Shown piece by piece: positions 30,798 through 43,921 of a stretch of DNA of 64,000 bases. The stretch is from contig NEEC01000021.1 of assembly GCA_002189035.1 (NCBI GenBank), positions 1,178,001 to 1,242,000 on the forward strand. Direction: 5' to 3'. The first letter of the stretch is position 1; each line of letters starts with the position of its first letter. The notes beneath the pieces were generated by a model, which worked only from the letters and a program-made list of their open reading frames with translations, did not search any database and was not told the DNA's origin. The translations under genes and the position numbers were made by a program. This stretch comes from Utricularia gibba. Taxonomy: Eukaryota > Plantae > Magnoliophyta.

Positions 30798-31779
30798 ATG
30801 GAGAATAACACGCCCGCCAGGGGCTCCGGCGGAGAGAAGAATTGGGAGCTTCGGCCCGGAGGGATGTGGGTCCAGAAACGCACCGACTCCGTGGAATCAC
30901 CATCGCAGATGATTCGGGTTCGGGTCAAATACGGAGCAGTCTACAATCATGTTTATATCAGCTCACAAGCAACTTTCGGTAACTGCTCTCTGTGAATCGC
31001 TGTAGCTCCAATGCTTTGTGCATTATGAATTTGATTGGGGGTTTGATTTTCAGGGGAGTTGAAGAAGCTGCTGGTTGAGCAAACGGGGCTACAGCATCAG
31101 GATCAGAAGCTGTTTTACAAGAAGAAGGAGAGGGATTCGAAGGCGTTTCTGGACAGTGCAGGGGTTAAGAACAAATCGAAACTGATACTCGAGGAGGATC
31201 CAATCAGCATAGAAAAAAGACAGATACAGGTGAAGAAGATATCACGTGTGAGAATGGAAGTAGATAAGCTTGCTCAGCAGGTGATTGATTCGCTGATCCG
31301 TTCATATATCAAATGCGAGTTTTCATCACATTTTGTGATGATTGGATCAGGTTTCCGAGCTAGAAATGGTGGTTTCTAAAGGGTGTAGTGTAGCTGAAGA
31401 TGATGTCGTCAAACTCACTGATTCACTTATGAATCAGCTTCTTATTCTGGAGAAAGTGTGTGCTAATGGAGATACAGAGCTACAGAGGAAAATGCAGGTG
31501 TGTGTGAGGATTTTGGTTTCTGCAATTTCTTGTCATGATTTTGAACTCCATCCTTTGCAGCTGAAGAGAGTACAGAAGTGCGTTGAGACACTAGATATGC
31601 TGAAGATCAAGAATTCATCTGCAAACAAGAATACTAGTGAGACTCATGAGCAAAATAGGTGTTCAAATGAGGTTTTGATAACCACAAAATGGGAAACTTT
31701 TGATGCTACACCTGTTTCGTTGATGGATGCACCCTCAACATCAACACCTGCTCCTGGTGTTATGTGGAATTTGCTTTGA
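30798..31779 (+). CDS. BAG: BAG family molecular chaperone regulator (ubiquitin-like plus BAG domain)
   Basis: 4 exons (30798-30978, 31054-31280, 31351-31497, 31561-31779). Motifs WELRPGGMWVQKR, ISSQATFGELKKLL, FLDSAGVKNKSKLILEEDP, KRVQKCVETLDMLK, ITTKWETF. Confidence 0.92.
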
Positions 31780-32092
31780 GTTGCCCTCCTGCACAATCAT
31801 ATTCTTTGCTGTATCTAAATTTGGTTTTCATCTTTTTTTCAATGAGCATTGTACTTGTTCTACAAAATGTAGCATAATTGTGGAATGCATTAAAGACCAC
31901 ATGATAATGCGAAGTCAACTCTTGAACTGACATTGATCTTGATCTGATACCGCATAGATGAGCAACAAAACCAGTTCCAGACAGAAACCCAATAAAAAGG
32001 GCAAAAACTACCAGCACCAAAATGGGAAGATTCATAGAACAAAAGTCAACTACAAGTGAAACGCAGAGGATGGAAGGACTGCTTGATAAATT

Positions 32093-33741
32093 CTATTTCG
32101 TCTTCTTGGTGAGAGCAGAGGTCCTGAATTCACAGTCGTCTCTAGCAAAGCTCCACCACAGATAGGTAAGAGGGATGGTGGTTGCGTGCCATAAAGCATG
32201 AGCATCGACAATGCCCCAGTAGGGAGGGAAATCATAAATCTCAAGGAGCATTGCAAGAGCACCTCCAAATATAACGAACCACAACTTCCAACGTGAAGGG
32301 TGACGAGTGGCACCAGCCCAGACAGCCCACAAGATCATCTGCAGGATCCCCATTGCCACGCAGACTTTCATGTTCCATCCTAAAAGGATTCACTTGTCAG
32401 TCTGATTGTTAAAGCAAGATGATAAAGTGCACAAGATAAGATGTATGGTGTCTTGCCAGCTCAAATATTTATACTATTTGATGCTAGAAGGACTAACCGT
32501 AATCAAAACGGAAGAAGTTCAGGTACAAAATGTGTGTTGTCACAAAAGCAAACACAGGAGCAGCAACCATGACCCTAGTAGCCTCAATCTTTACGCTGTA
32601 AACTCTTATTATAGCAAGAAAGAGCGAGTAACCGAGAAAAGCTATAGCTGATGAGTAATCAAGCCTCTCAGTTTGCTCAATATCTCTGCATATGGTCATG
32701 GGTATTCAATTAGATTATGGATAGGGATAAAGAAGAACAAAGTGATTTCATGTTGGCAAGTACATATACTGACCGAGTGTGGAAAACTACACTCCAGAGC
32801 CATGAATTCATCGCAAATATTGAATATATGTACCACAAGCCAGTGTATTCGTAATATGTCCTCTTATTTGGTCTGACTGGTAGTTTGGAATTTGCAAGGA
32901 AGTAAAAGGACACCAATCCATGAAATTGCATACTGAGATTGATAGCAGAGAAACCCACAGATGCTGGTTCCTGATCGCATTATATAACTCTTATCAGAAC
33001 AAAACAGAACCGATTGTGAGTTAAGGTGCCATCCCAGTTGCTCTTACCTGCAATCCAAATAAGCGCTTGAATGGCCATTTCCCATGGTATTTGTTGGGCT
33101 TGTATCCAAGCTTCTGCCTTTCTTCTTCTCTAGAAAGCATGCATTCGTACTGGCAGTTGCTACGGCAGTCCCACTGCTTCCAACGCAAATACAATGGCTC
33201 TTGTAGATGCTTACTATCATCAACTGAATTCCCATCCAACGAAAAATCACACCCGGTCTTCTCACAATGTTCAACGCAAGCCCTAGATAGAGTCAAAAGG
33301 ATATAGTTCAGTGACCCACATGAAAAAGGAAGTGGGAGAAGCACGCGCAAATTCTGAGACGCCTGTTAACTGTTCACACAAATTGCACATCAAGAAACAA
33401 CGCAAGATCTGAATTTCCTGGAAACTACGCTACGAACTAACATCCCAAGTCCAGCCTTAAGAATACGGTTGGCAATGTGAGCACTCTTCAGAATCCCTAG
33501 CATTCCGAAGCAATCAGCAACCACAAACTAACTAAACATTCATCAATCAAGAATCCAAACGGTACCTTTTCAAACAAAAATACCCAACACAAAAGGCAAA
33601 AAACTTCAACTTAACAACCAAACCATAAGAGGTTGAAGAATCTAACCTGTAAACGGGATCAGCATCACCAGGACTACCATAAATCACTGCGAAAGAACAA
33701 AAAAATGCGCCCCACAAAAGGAGGAACGAACTCCGATCCAT
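32093..33741 (-). CDS. PGAP3: Post-GPI attachment to proteins factor 3 (PER1-like)
   Basis: 5 exons (33741-33647, 33282-33048, 32970-32774, 32685-32498, 32379-32093). Motifs GDADPVYRACVEHC, KYHGKWPF, QEPASVGFS, LLEIYDFPP..DAHALWHATTIPLT. Confidence 0.94.
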
Positions 33742-33861
33742 TAAAATGAGAGGAGAGCCAAAAACTGATGAGGGTTCACAAGGAACTCCGACTCCTACTC
33801 CACGGTCCGTCAATGGATCTGCCTGCGCTATCCTGTTCAATTGAGGAAGCTGTCACAAACC

Positions 33862-34384
33862 CAGTGTTTTAAAATGGGTTAAATACATTGAACCATTTTA
33901 TTATGATGTTAGGTTGAATCCTTTTTAAAATGGATTGAATCGGATTCATTAAATTTTAATTATATTTAGTAAAATATTAAAATATAATTATAAAATCACA
34001 CTTTAATGTATAAAAATATTGAAAATATACAAAATTAGGTATATATACATAAACAATTGATACAATTACATTAAACATTTTAATCATTCAATATCTCATT
34101 CAAATAGTATATAATCTAAATATAAATGAATATTTTTTACTATCAATATGAATACATATATAAAAATATAATTATTAAGATTTAATCAATATATATATAT
34201 ATATATCAAATATTTATAATATATCTTATATTTGCTATTGATTATCTTCAGAATATATATATTTAAAAATTAAAAAAAAAAGAAATTAAAAGGAAAAGAA
34301 TTGAATTAGATACAACCTATGAAAATATGGATTCGTACCTAACTGGATCAAACCATGGGTCGAATCCATGATTTTAAAACACTG
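33862..34384. mobile_element. Non-autonomous hAT-type element (MITE), 523 bp
   Basis: Perfect 13-bp TIRs CAGTGTTTTAAAA (33862-33874) and TTTTAAAACACTG (34372-34384). Perfect 8-bp direct repeat CACAAACC on both flanks (33854-33861, 34385-34392). AT-rich non-coding interior. Confidence 0.92.
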
Positions 34385-35153
34385 CACAAACCTCATAAGA
34401 GGAAAATATATGTGGTACATTATGCCAAGCCTACCCCTAATTAGGCTTTTTTTAAATCTGCCCAAAATCCCAATTTAATCATAATTTTTTATTTTTAAAC
34501 ATTTCTATCAAATAGGTTTTTTTATTGATTCAAATGATTATATCCACTAAATAAATACGTCATTGTAAATAAATATTTATTTTATAGTATATATAAATTC
34601 AACTAATTTAAATTATATTTATTTTTATTTTCACGTTTGAACATAAGAACCCGTAAAGCACACAGGCCCAATAGATAGTATTAGTGGACAAGTGCCTCGC
34701 ACGTGCTTTGCGCCCTCTTATTCGGCCCGTATATAAGCCCATTAATTGGCCCAAACTTGGAAGTATAAGTACAATACCATGAAGGAAAGAAAATTGAACT
34801 CGAAAAAAAAAAAAAAAACGCAACTTCTGAGGGTTAGCGACCGTCTTGCGAATCGAATCTGCATCTGCGCCGGGAATTTCAGTCGGAACGGTGATTTCTC
34901 CTTTTGAGCTTCTTTGTGTTTTGTTTTACGAGTACGAGAGTGGATCTGTGATAGTTTGGAGGATTCATGGTGCTTTTCTGAAGACGTCTTTTTGTAGGGC
35001 TGAGATAGAGTTCATGCCTTCCATTTTTTATCTATTTGGATTTTAATTCTGTATCTTTTTCTTCATGACTGTAAAATACACTTGCAAAGTCAAGTTTCTT
35101 TTATTTATTTTAGTAGTTTTGGTAGCGCTAATGCTGGTTTGGCTGTTCTTAAG

Positions 35154-38100
35154 ATGTCAACGGGCGATGTTGATGGCAATGGATACGCATATTCTCCTTC
35201 TGGGGTGCAGTCACCTGGTCTAGCTGCCACACAGCAATCACTCAAGGTTTCATCTGGTTCAGGCTCCAGGGTATGTTGCATTCTTATACTTGCTGTGATG
35301 GATGCTTTCTATGCTATTTGTATTATTTTACCATAGTGGAATACCCAAATTCTGTAATCCTTAATGCTGATGTGTAGAGTCTCTGACTTACAGCGTGTGA
35401 CTTTGTTGAACAGTTGCTTGTTTTTATTGCGATAAATCAGCCTATATGCTGTTTTCTGATGATTCTTCAACGTGGGATTCATTTATAATATGTTGTGTTG
35501 AGTTAAAACTATTTGATTCTATTAATGTGATATTCTTCAGCATCGCCATGATGAGAAGGATAGAGATAGAGATAATGAGAAAGAGAGTGATTCCTCAAGA
35601 AGCAGGGATAAGGAAAAGGAAAGAGGTCGAGAGAGAGAAAGAGAGGTGGATAGATATAAAGAGCGAGATAGAGTGAGAGACAGAGACCGGGAAAGAGACA
35701 GAGTTAGAGAAAAAGATAGGGATCGTGATAATGACAGGGATAGCCACCATTATGACCGTCATAGAGAGCGAGGTGATCGAAGAGACAAGGAGAAGATAAG
35801 AACTAAGGATGATGAGGAGGAGGAGGAGTACCACAGAAGCCGAGATCGTAGCAGGTTAGAAATACTTCCTTTTGCTACTCTTGGAAACAATAATTCCTGA
35901 AATAAAATTATTAATATTTTCATTTGAGTGAATAAATCTCAATATCCAATGCAACTTAGTAACCATGGCACTGTGTTTCAGGCGCAGGGAATATGAAAGA
36001 GAAAGAGAGGATAGGCACAGACACGGGTCCAGATCAAGGTCAAAGCCCCGCTCTGAGCATAGGTCTAGGTCAAGGTCTCGTTCGCGCTCAAAAAGGTAGT
36101 TCACTTCTATTCCTTGAAGTATAAATTATGAGTCATCACGCTTTTGTTTCCAATATTTGAGTTATTAGTAAGTATTGTTTTAGCTGATACATTTTCCTTG
36201 GAAGAATTGTCCTAATAATTATAGTTGGTTTCTGATAATTTTATTTTTACCTGACAGCAAAAGGGCAAGTGGTTTTGACATGGCACCTGTTGATGCGGTC
36301 CTCCCCACTGCTGCTGGTGTAACGGGTAATATTTACTGAGTTCTTTCACCATTTCCACTAAGATTTTATTTTTGATGGTTTTGGTAGTACACGGTTATGA
36401 TTGTTAAGCATGCCTGCCTTCTTCAACTTGCCTGTTTAACAGTATGGAGCTTGTCTGTTTCTTGAATACAATTATTTCTTGATTCTGAAACTGAGAGGGC
36501 TTTCCTTTCTTGTTGTGTTTGGTGTTTGTTTGTTGTTTTGTATGTCCTGTCTTGTAACTAAGAAGGCAATATTGGGCTACTTGCCCGATTATGCTGACAC
36601 TGGGCGTGAGCCGACATCTGTTGCTTTTATGTACAAGGAAGAATCAATACAGGTCTTGTTCATCTTCAACCAGGAATTGCGTGCATGGTAGTTTTTACGG
36701 ATACTTTTGAAACATCTTGCAGTATATAAAAAATGAATAAATAAATTAATGGTTTCCTTGGGCTTAAAAAAGAATATATCATGTTTGAATGTTTTATGGA
36801 TACTTTTCAAATAACATCTCTTCATGAGGGAAAAGTTCATTTTTAGGAATTCCTAAAATGTGATTATTGAGAAACTAATAGCTCTCGTGGTTTCTCATGC
36901 TTAATCATTTTTTTATATTTCATGAACACAGGTCAGCTGCTTGGGACTCCTGCTATCGCTGGGATGTTCCAAAATGTGCTACCCTTGGCAGCTGGACAGG
37001 TTTCTTTTCTGAAACTAAGTCAATTTTATTCTCTGATGCAATTTTTTTTAATTATAAATCTCGCTGCATGGCAGTTTCAAACACTCCCTGTTATGCCTGT
37101 CCAAGCCATGACCCAGCAGGTTGGTTTCAATCTTTGCGCCGTTTTTAATGCGGCCCTTTTTTTGAGTCGTGTGTTTTGTTTCCAGGCTACAAGGCATGCC
37201 CGGAGAGTTTATGTTGGGGGCTCCCCCAACTGCGACTGAACAAGTAATGTGATTCATCTTTTGTCTTTTTAATTTTTATGGCTTGACCAATGGGGATTTT
37301 GTGAAGGATTCTGCTGAAACATGTGTTTTGGAAATTCTGTTCCTAACGTGGGTTTAATTTTCTTTCCCTTTAGATTGTTTGGGCCTACCTGCTGGTTTTT
37401 CTTCTGTCGTAAAGATTATCTCTCTTCATGAAAGGCCTTAACTTCCTATTTCCTTAGTAATTGTAACATACCTTTACTTGTTCTCCTTCATATTTGAATC
37501 ATGTATAAAATTTTTTATTCTCACGTTCATTGCAATACTCCTTATGTTTGCAAAGCTTATTGACTGATTTTTAGTAACACTTTTCCCGTTGCAGTCTGTT
37601 GCTACATTCTTCAATCACGTCATGTCAGCAATTGGAGGGAATACTGCTGGTCCAGGTTAGTGAAGGATGCAGTTGTAAATGTTTGTTGAATTTTCTTTCC
37701 CTCTAGATTTTTTTTTGAACAATTTATTAAGATTTTCATCGAATTTTTCCACTTGATTTCAGGCGATGCAGTTGTTAATGTTTATATTAATCATGAAAAG
37801 AAGTTTGCATTTGTGGAGGTGAGATCTGTGGAGGAGGCTAGCAATGCTATGGCTTTAGATGGGATTATTTTTGAGGTAAGGAGATGCCATAAACAGCATG
37901 TGCACTACTTTTGGCTCCACTTCAAATTGTCTCAGGTTATACGCACAATGCACAATATAGCGTCTTGTTACAAAAAAAAATGCATTTCCAGGGTGGACCT
38001 GTCAAAGTGAGAAGACCTAGTGATTATAACCCTTCTCTGGCGGCAGCCCTTGGTCCTAGTCAACCGAATCCGAATTTAAATCTTGCTGCTGTTGGATTAA

Positions 38101-39061
38101 TGCCAGGATCTGCAGGAGGCCTGGAGGGGCCAGATCGGATATTTGTAGGTGGACTGCCATACTACTTCAATGAAGCACAGATAAGAGAGTTGCTGGAGTC
38201 ATTTGGACCACTTCGTGGCTTTGACCTTGTCAAAGACCGAGAGACTGGAAACTCAAAAGGCTATGCGTTTTGTGTTTACCAAGATTTGTCGGTCACCGAT
38301 ATTGCTTGCATGGCTCTAAATGGAATAAAGATGGGTGACAAGACTCTTACTGTTAGGCGAGCGAACCAGGGTGCTACACAGCCCAAGCCTGAGCAAGAAA
38401 GTGTATTGTTGCACGCCCAACAGCAGATACAGCTGCAGGTAATCATCGATGCAAATCAATAGGCAGGAGATTAGCGAGAATCCTGGAAATATGATATTAC
38501 TCCTCATTTGTTGCTTCTCATGACATCTTTTGATCTGCAGAAGATGATGCTGCAACCTGCCGTAGTTGCTACAAAGGTTGTCTGCCTAACCCAAGTTGTT
38601 AATGTAGAAGAACTGAACGACGATGAGGACTACGGAGACATACTCGACGACATGAGATCAGAATGTGGAAAGTTCGGTGAGTGCATTCCATTTTCCTTCC
38701 TTTTAAAATCGCATCTGGTCGCCTTTCCTTTTATTGTTCCAACATGAACATATAAACCTTCACACTCTGTGCAGGAACCTTGGTGAACCTCATCATTCCC
38801 CGTCCATCTCCAAGCGGCGAAATCGGACCCGGTGTAGGCAAGGTTAGTGATTATTCTTGAGCTCACAGCAGATGCATCCTTGTCAAGCTTCCATTCCAAA
38901 CAATCGTATCCTGTTTTGTGCAGGTGTTTTTGGAGTACGCAGATGTCGAAAGCGCATCGAAAGCTCGGCAGGGGTTGAATGGTAGAAAATTCGGAGGAAA
39001 CCAAGTGGTGGCCGTCTACTACCCCGAGAATAAATTCTCGCAAGGGGACTACAGCGGCTAA
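35154..39061 (+). CDS. U2AF65: Splicing factor U2AF large subunit (U2AF65); apparent 2-bp loss at the start of RRM1
   Basis: RS/RD-rich N-terminus, SKRASGFDMAP, ATRHARRVYVGG, VVNVYINHEKKFAFVE, DRIFVGGLPYYF, GNSKGYAFCVY, UHM end GRKFGGNQVVAVYYPENKF. Exons start 35154, 35541, 35982, 36258, 36932, 37075, 37186, 37595, 37763, 37992, 38541, 38775, 38924; stop TAA 39059-39061. Confidence 0.95.
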
Positions 39062-40134
39062 GTTGGTTGGTTAGTTGCCTTTGCTTGCTGTGCTGAAAGG
39101 TGCCTGTTGAAGTGCTTAGGGATACGCTTTTTAATCTTCCAGAGTTTGTGTAGTTGCTCCTTTCTGGCTTGTGGGTTGTTACTTGCTAGTTGCTCTTGAG
39201 AAACAACTCTAGTTATTCACCAGCCTCTTCTTCAGAGGCATTTTGCACCGTCAGCTTACTTTTCTACGTTCTTGTGATCAAATTATTCGAAATTTCGGAA
39301 AAATAGGGTAATTTGAAGATTGCGGTAATTTTAATAAAATTTTATTCCATGTATATTATAAAATTTAGTCAAATATGTTATATATTATGAAATTTAATAT
39401 TATAATTTGTCTAATTAATTTTTATTAAATCATAAAAATTCAATAATTTATATAGAACGATTGAAGATTAAAATTTTCAAAATTAAATAGAATAATTTCA
39501 AAAAATTATTAATACAAAACAAACCCATAGATGATGTATCATTTTATATTTTTTGAGAATTGATTCTAAGAAAATAAGAATTGAATTTTTAAAGTTTATT
39601 TTAAATAGAATTAGTTTGATAATTAGGGTGCATTTTTCATTGCTTGTTAATGGAGTTCATGGTGCTAATGTGAACTGGTTAAATCATCGTCACCATTACA
39701 AGAAAATGAACTAAGAGGAGCATTTGGGCTACGGTGGCGGCGGTGCCGTACAGATGGTCGGAGATTCTCCGTTGGCCGGACTCCGGTGGAGGTGGGAGAG
39801 GAGGAGGTGGCCGTGGAATAGTTCAATCAAAGTTGGTATTTTCTATGCTTTTATTTATTTAGTATAAATGTTTTTTTAAAAAAAAGTATAAATAATAAGT
39901 CCTAAAATTCACCTGAAATTAATAAAAAGTAATCGAAAAATAATAATTGAAGTTGGAACAGAATTTTGTTGGATGGGCCCAGGTGTCAGGCCAGGCCCAT
40001 CATGTTTTAAAGAGAGGGGAATCTCATTAACTACACCGGCGTGAATGAGGAGGCGTGGGAGTTTCCCTTTAAATATCGAATCTCAACGGTCGACTTCTTT
40101 GAACCCCTTGGCGTTGTTCTCTCCATCGCAATTT

Positions 40135-40716
40135 CAATTGCTTTATCACAGATTCTGATGTGTTGTCGCGGTTCTCGGTGGGTTGCACGCTCAGAGTTTT
40201 GGTTTCTGTTGATTAATTAGTTTTTTTGGTTAATCTCTTGTTTGGATGTGGTTTCAGTTTGCAGATGTAATTTTAGCGTGGTTGAGGAAAGAGATACTGA
40301 AGGTTAGGACTTCAATTGCCTTTCCCAGATTTCTGCGACGCTCTGGAGTATTGTCGCGGTTTTCGGTGGGTTGCACTGCACGTTCAGTGTTTTGGTTTCT
40401 GTTGATTAATTAGCTTTTTTTGGTTAATCTCTTGTTTGGATGTGGTTTCAGTTTGCATATGTAATTTTAGTGTGGTTGAGGAAAGAGATACTGAAGGTTA
40501 GGATTTCTCTTTGGTTCTCGCAGTTGCAATGCAATTGCCTCCCCCAGATTTCTGCCACGCTCTGAAGTGTTGTCGCGGTTTTCGGTGGGTTGCACGTTCA
40601 GCGTTTTGATTTCTGTTGATTAATTAACTCTTTTGGGTAATCTCTTGTTTGGATGTGGTTTCAGTTTGCAGAAGTAATTTCAGTGTGGTTGAGGAAAGAG
40701 ATACTGAAGGTTAGGA
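40135..40716 (+). repeat. Three tandem copies of a ~180-220 bp unit in the MAP65 5' leader
   Basis: Copies begin at CAATTG 40135, 40313, 40532 and share GTGTTGTCGCGG..GGTGGGTTGCAC..TTGGATGTGGTTTCAG..GAGGAAAGAGATACTGAAGGTTAGGA. Confidence 0.95.
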
Positions 40717-40803
40717 TTTAGGCTTTTGTAAAGCCATTGTGCGGGCATTTTCTCTGGGATGATGGGTTCCTTTTTGATCTCGTATGGCTAGCTATTTGAG
40801 GCT

Positions 40804-43800
40804 ATGAAGGGCCATACGAATCTGTTGTTGCAAAGGTTAAGTGTCTGTGGATCCCTTCTGAATGAGTTGCAGGTACGATGCGTTAGTTTAGCAGTAAGGA
40901 ATTTATATTTGTCTTCTCTTGGTTACATGAAAGTTGGGCTTTTCGCTGGTTTGGTCTCTGCTAGGTGATATGGGATGAGGTAGGGGAATCCGAGGCTGAA
41001 AAGGGTAGAATGTTGCACGAAATTGAACAAGAATGTTTAGACGTTTGTAAAAGGAAAGTTGATCAGGCTAACAAGCGTAGAGCTCAGCTGAAGCAGCAGA
41101 TTGCCGAAGCTGAAGAAGAGCTTGCTGCCCTATGTTCGGCAATGGGAGATCCATCAGTGCAAATCAGGCTGGTCAAAACTCTTTTTTTATTTGTTTGTTT
41201 ATTTTCTGTCGATGTCTTTTACTCTGATACAGTTCTGTAAGGATAATCGTTTGCTTTTGTGTTTGTAGCCTGACAAGAATCGAGAAACCCTAAAGGCTGT
41301 ACTGGAAGCTGTCCTTCCGCAAGTAAACGAGATGAGGAAGAGGAAAACTGACAGGAAGAAACGTTTTAATGAAGTTCTTGAAGAGATTATGAATATTAAA
41401 AGAGAGTTCGGCAGATCAAATGATGCTAGTGTGCATAACCTGGAATTTCAGGAATCTGATTTGTCCATGCAAAAGCTTGATGGGTTACACGCACAGCTTC
41501 AGGTTCTCCAAAAACAAAAGGTTACGTCATATGTTCTGTGTCTGTATTCATAAGCTCTGCATATGCGTCTCTATAACCCTGAGTGATTTTCACTTTCAGA
41601 GTCTCCGTATGAAGCTTGTGTTGGACCACCTGAATTGTTTGTACTCGCTTTGCTCAGTGCTTGGTTTGGATTTCAAGAATGTAGTGGATGAGATACATCC
41701 TAGTTTACTGAATGCCGAAAGCTCAAAAAGTATAAGTGATCATACAATACAGCAGCTGCATGTTGCTGTTAAATCACTAAAAGATCTTAAACTGCAGCGA
41801 ATGCAGCAGGTATTCTCCCTGCATTTGATGTACTTTTATGACAAACAAAGCGTAACTATGTGTTTGTTCTTCATTTTGCAGTTGCAGGATCTTGCAGCTT
41901 CATTGTTGGAGCTTTGGAACCTGATGGATACTCCAATGGAAGAGCAACAGACCTTCCACAAAGTCACCCGTAATATAGCTGCCTCAGAAGATGAGATTAC
42001 CGAACCAAACGTCCTGTCCCTTTTTCACATTAACTTTGTGAGTTTCAGGGTTATACTGGGTACATTCTTCAGTTTACACTGTGCAAGCTCAATTTGACTC
42101 TCGAGTAGAGCTTATGCAATGGACACTTAAGTAGCTGTGATTCCCCTGTCAGGTTGAGGCAGAGGTTTCCCGATTGGAGAAGTTGAAAGCTAGCATCATG
42201 ATGGATCTCATTTTGAAAAAGAAGGCAGATCTAGAAGATATTTGCAAGAAGGCTCATCTTTTCCAAGAGAAATATAGTGCATTCGAAATGGTCATACATG
42301 CAGTGGAAACAGGTAGTTATTTTTCACTCGGTGACGTTGTTCTCTCTCTTTCCATCATCTTCTAATTTCTTTCCTCACACGAAAGGATCTGCTGATGCCA
42401 TGAATGTCCTTGAACAAATTGAGCTGCAAATCGCTACTGTTAAGGAGGAGGCTCTCAACAGAAAAGAAATCCTTGAAAAGATTGAGAAGTGGCATGCAGC
42501 ATGTGAAGAAGAAATCTGGCTTCAAGAGTATAACAAGGTTTGGCTGTTACAACTTGCGGTATGAGATACTGTTCCAGCACAGTGCTCATGATATTTCATT
42601 CTCCTATTTAGGATAACAATCGATATAATGCTGGGAGAGGTTCTCATCTCGCATTGAAACGTGCTGAAAAGGCACGCTCATTGGTCAATAAGATTCCAGG
42701 TTAATGAATAAGAACTACCCTTCTAGCAAATCAACAGCTCAGGAGTGGCATCCTGATGCTGACTTGAGATATTTCTTGGCTCGTATTTTATATGCAGCAA
42801 TGGTGAATGCACTCATTGCTAAGACCATAGCGTGGGAAAATGAGAACGCAAAAGAATTTAAATATGATGGTGTAAGCTCTACATGAAAATGTTGTTTTCT
42901 TAGCGGAATTACTTGATATCTGCAATGTGTTTGTCCTGACTATGTACAGGTTAGCCTTCTATCAATGCTGAAACAGTACATGGCACATCGTCAAGAAAAA
43001 GAACTACAGCAAAAAAGACGAAGGGTTTGTATATAGCTAGATTCCATGCCCCATTTCCTATAGTTGTATCTAGTGTTCTCCTGAAACTTCGGTTTGTATG
43101 TTTGCCTTTCCCAGGAACAGAAGAAATTTCATGGGCAGATTGTGGCAGAGCAGGAAGCTCTTTATGGCCCCAAACCTAGTCCAACGAAGAACCATGATTT
43201 GAAGAAAGGGCAGAGACCATTTTGTGGCAGTTCCAACCATAGAAGTAGCTCTCTTGCCGCTCCAGTGCTGCAGACTCCAGCGCCGAATAGGCTTCATTCT
43301 TTAAAACCAACTCCTAATACAAGAAACGCCAAGAGGAGTGATGTCAAGAATAACAGATTCACAGCTTCTGGTAATATTTCTATAATGCTCTCCTTGTCTT
43401 TCATGGACCTGGTAGTATCACTTTTCATTCCACAGTGCTGCAAATATGTTTGCCTCATAAATAAGATTCAAACTTGAGTTATGTTTGCCTCAAAGCAAGA
43501 ATCAGAATGTTGCTTCTTCTGTCTAAGTTGCTATTGTTCTTGATTTCTAGAGAAGAGAGGCCCAGACATGGTTGATCCTCCTGCAAAACACCTTCAGAGC
43601 TCAATGAGACCCCCAAAAAAAGCCGACCCTGTCGTGGCTCGAAAACCATTCTCTCCCATTTCTTGTGACAAACCATCCAAGCCAAACAATGCATCAGGAG
43701 ACATGAAGAGAAGGCTTCTCCAAAGAGAAAAGGTATTTCCAACAGACCAGATGGCATTCTCTACCCCTCCCAAAATCATGCCTAGAGCTGAGGATGAGAT

Positions 43801-43921
43801 CACAACAACTCCCCAGACAACAAAAGCTATGCCTTCGCAGTTGCCTATGCCCATGAGCTCATCCCACAAGGAAATCGAATACTCATTCGAGGAGAGGAGA
43901 GCTGGCTTTCTGCTACTCTAG
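40804..43921 (+). CDS. MAP65: 65-kDa microtubule-associated protein (MAP65-3/4/9-like)
   Basis: Motifs CGSLLNELQ|[74 protein letters not shown]-terminal [12 protein letters not shown]. Stop TAG 43919-43921. Confidence 0.93.

Noticed and set aside
30767-30808. Short upstream ORF overlapping the BAG start
   Set aside because: Only 13 codons with an unknown TSS; no evidence of function, and it could lie outside the transcript.
39720-39835. GC-rich, Gly-codon-like patch after U2AF65
   Set aside because: No start codon context, splice structure or recognisable homology.
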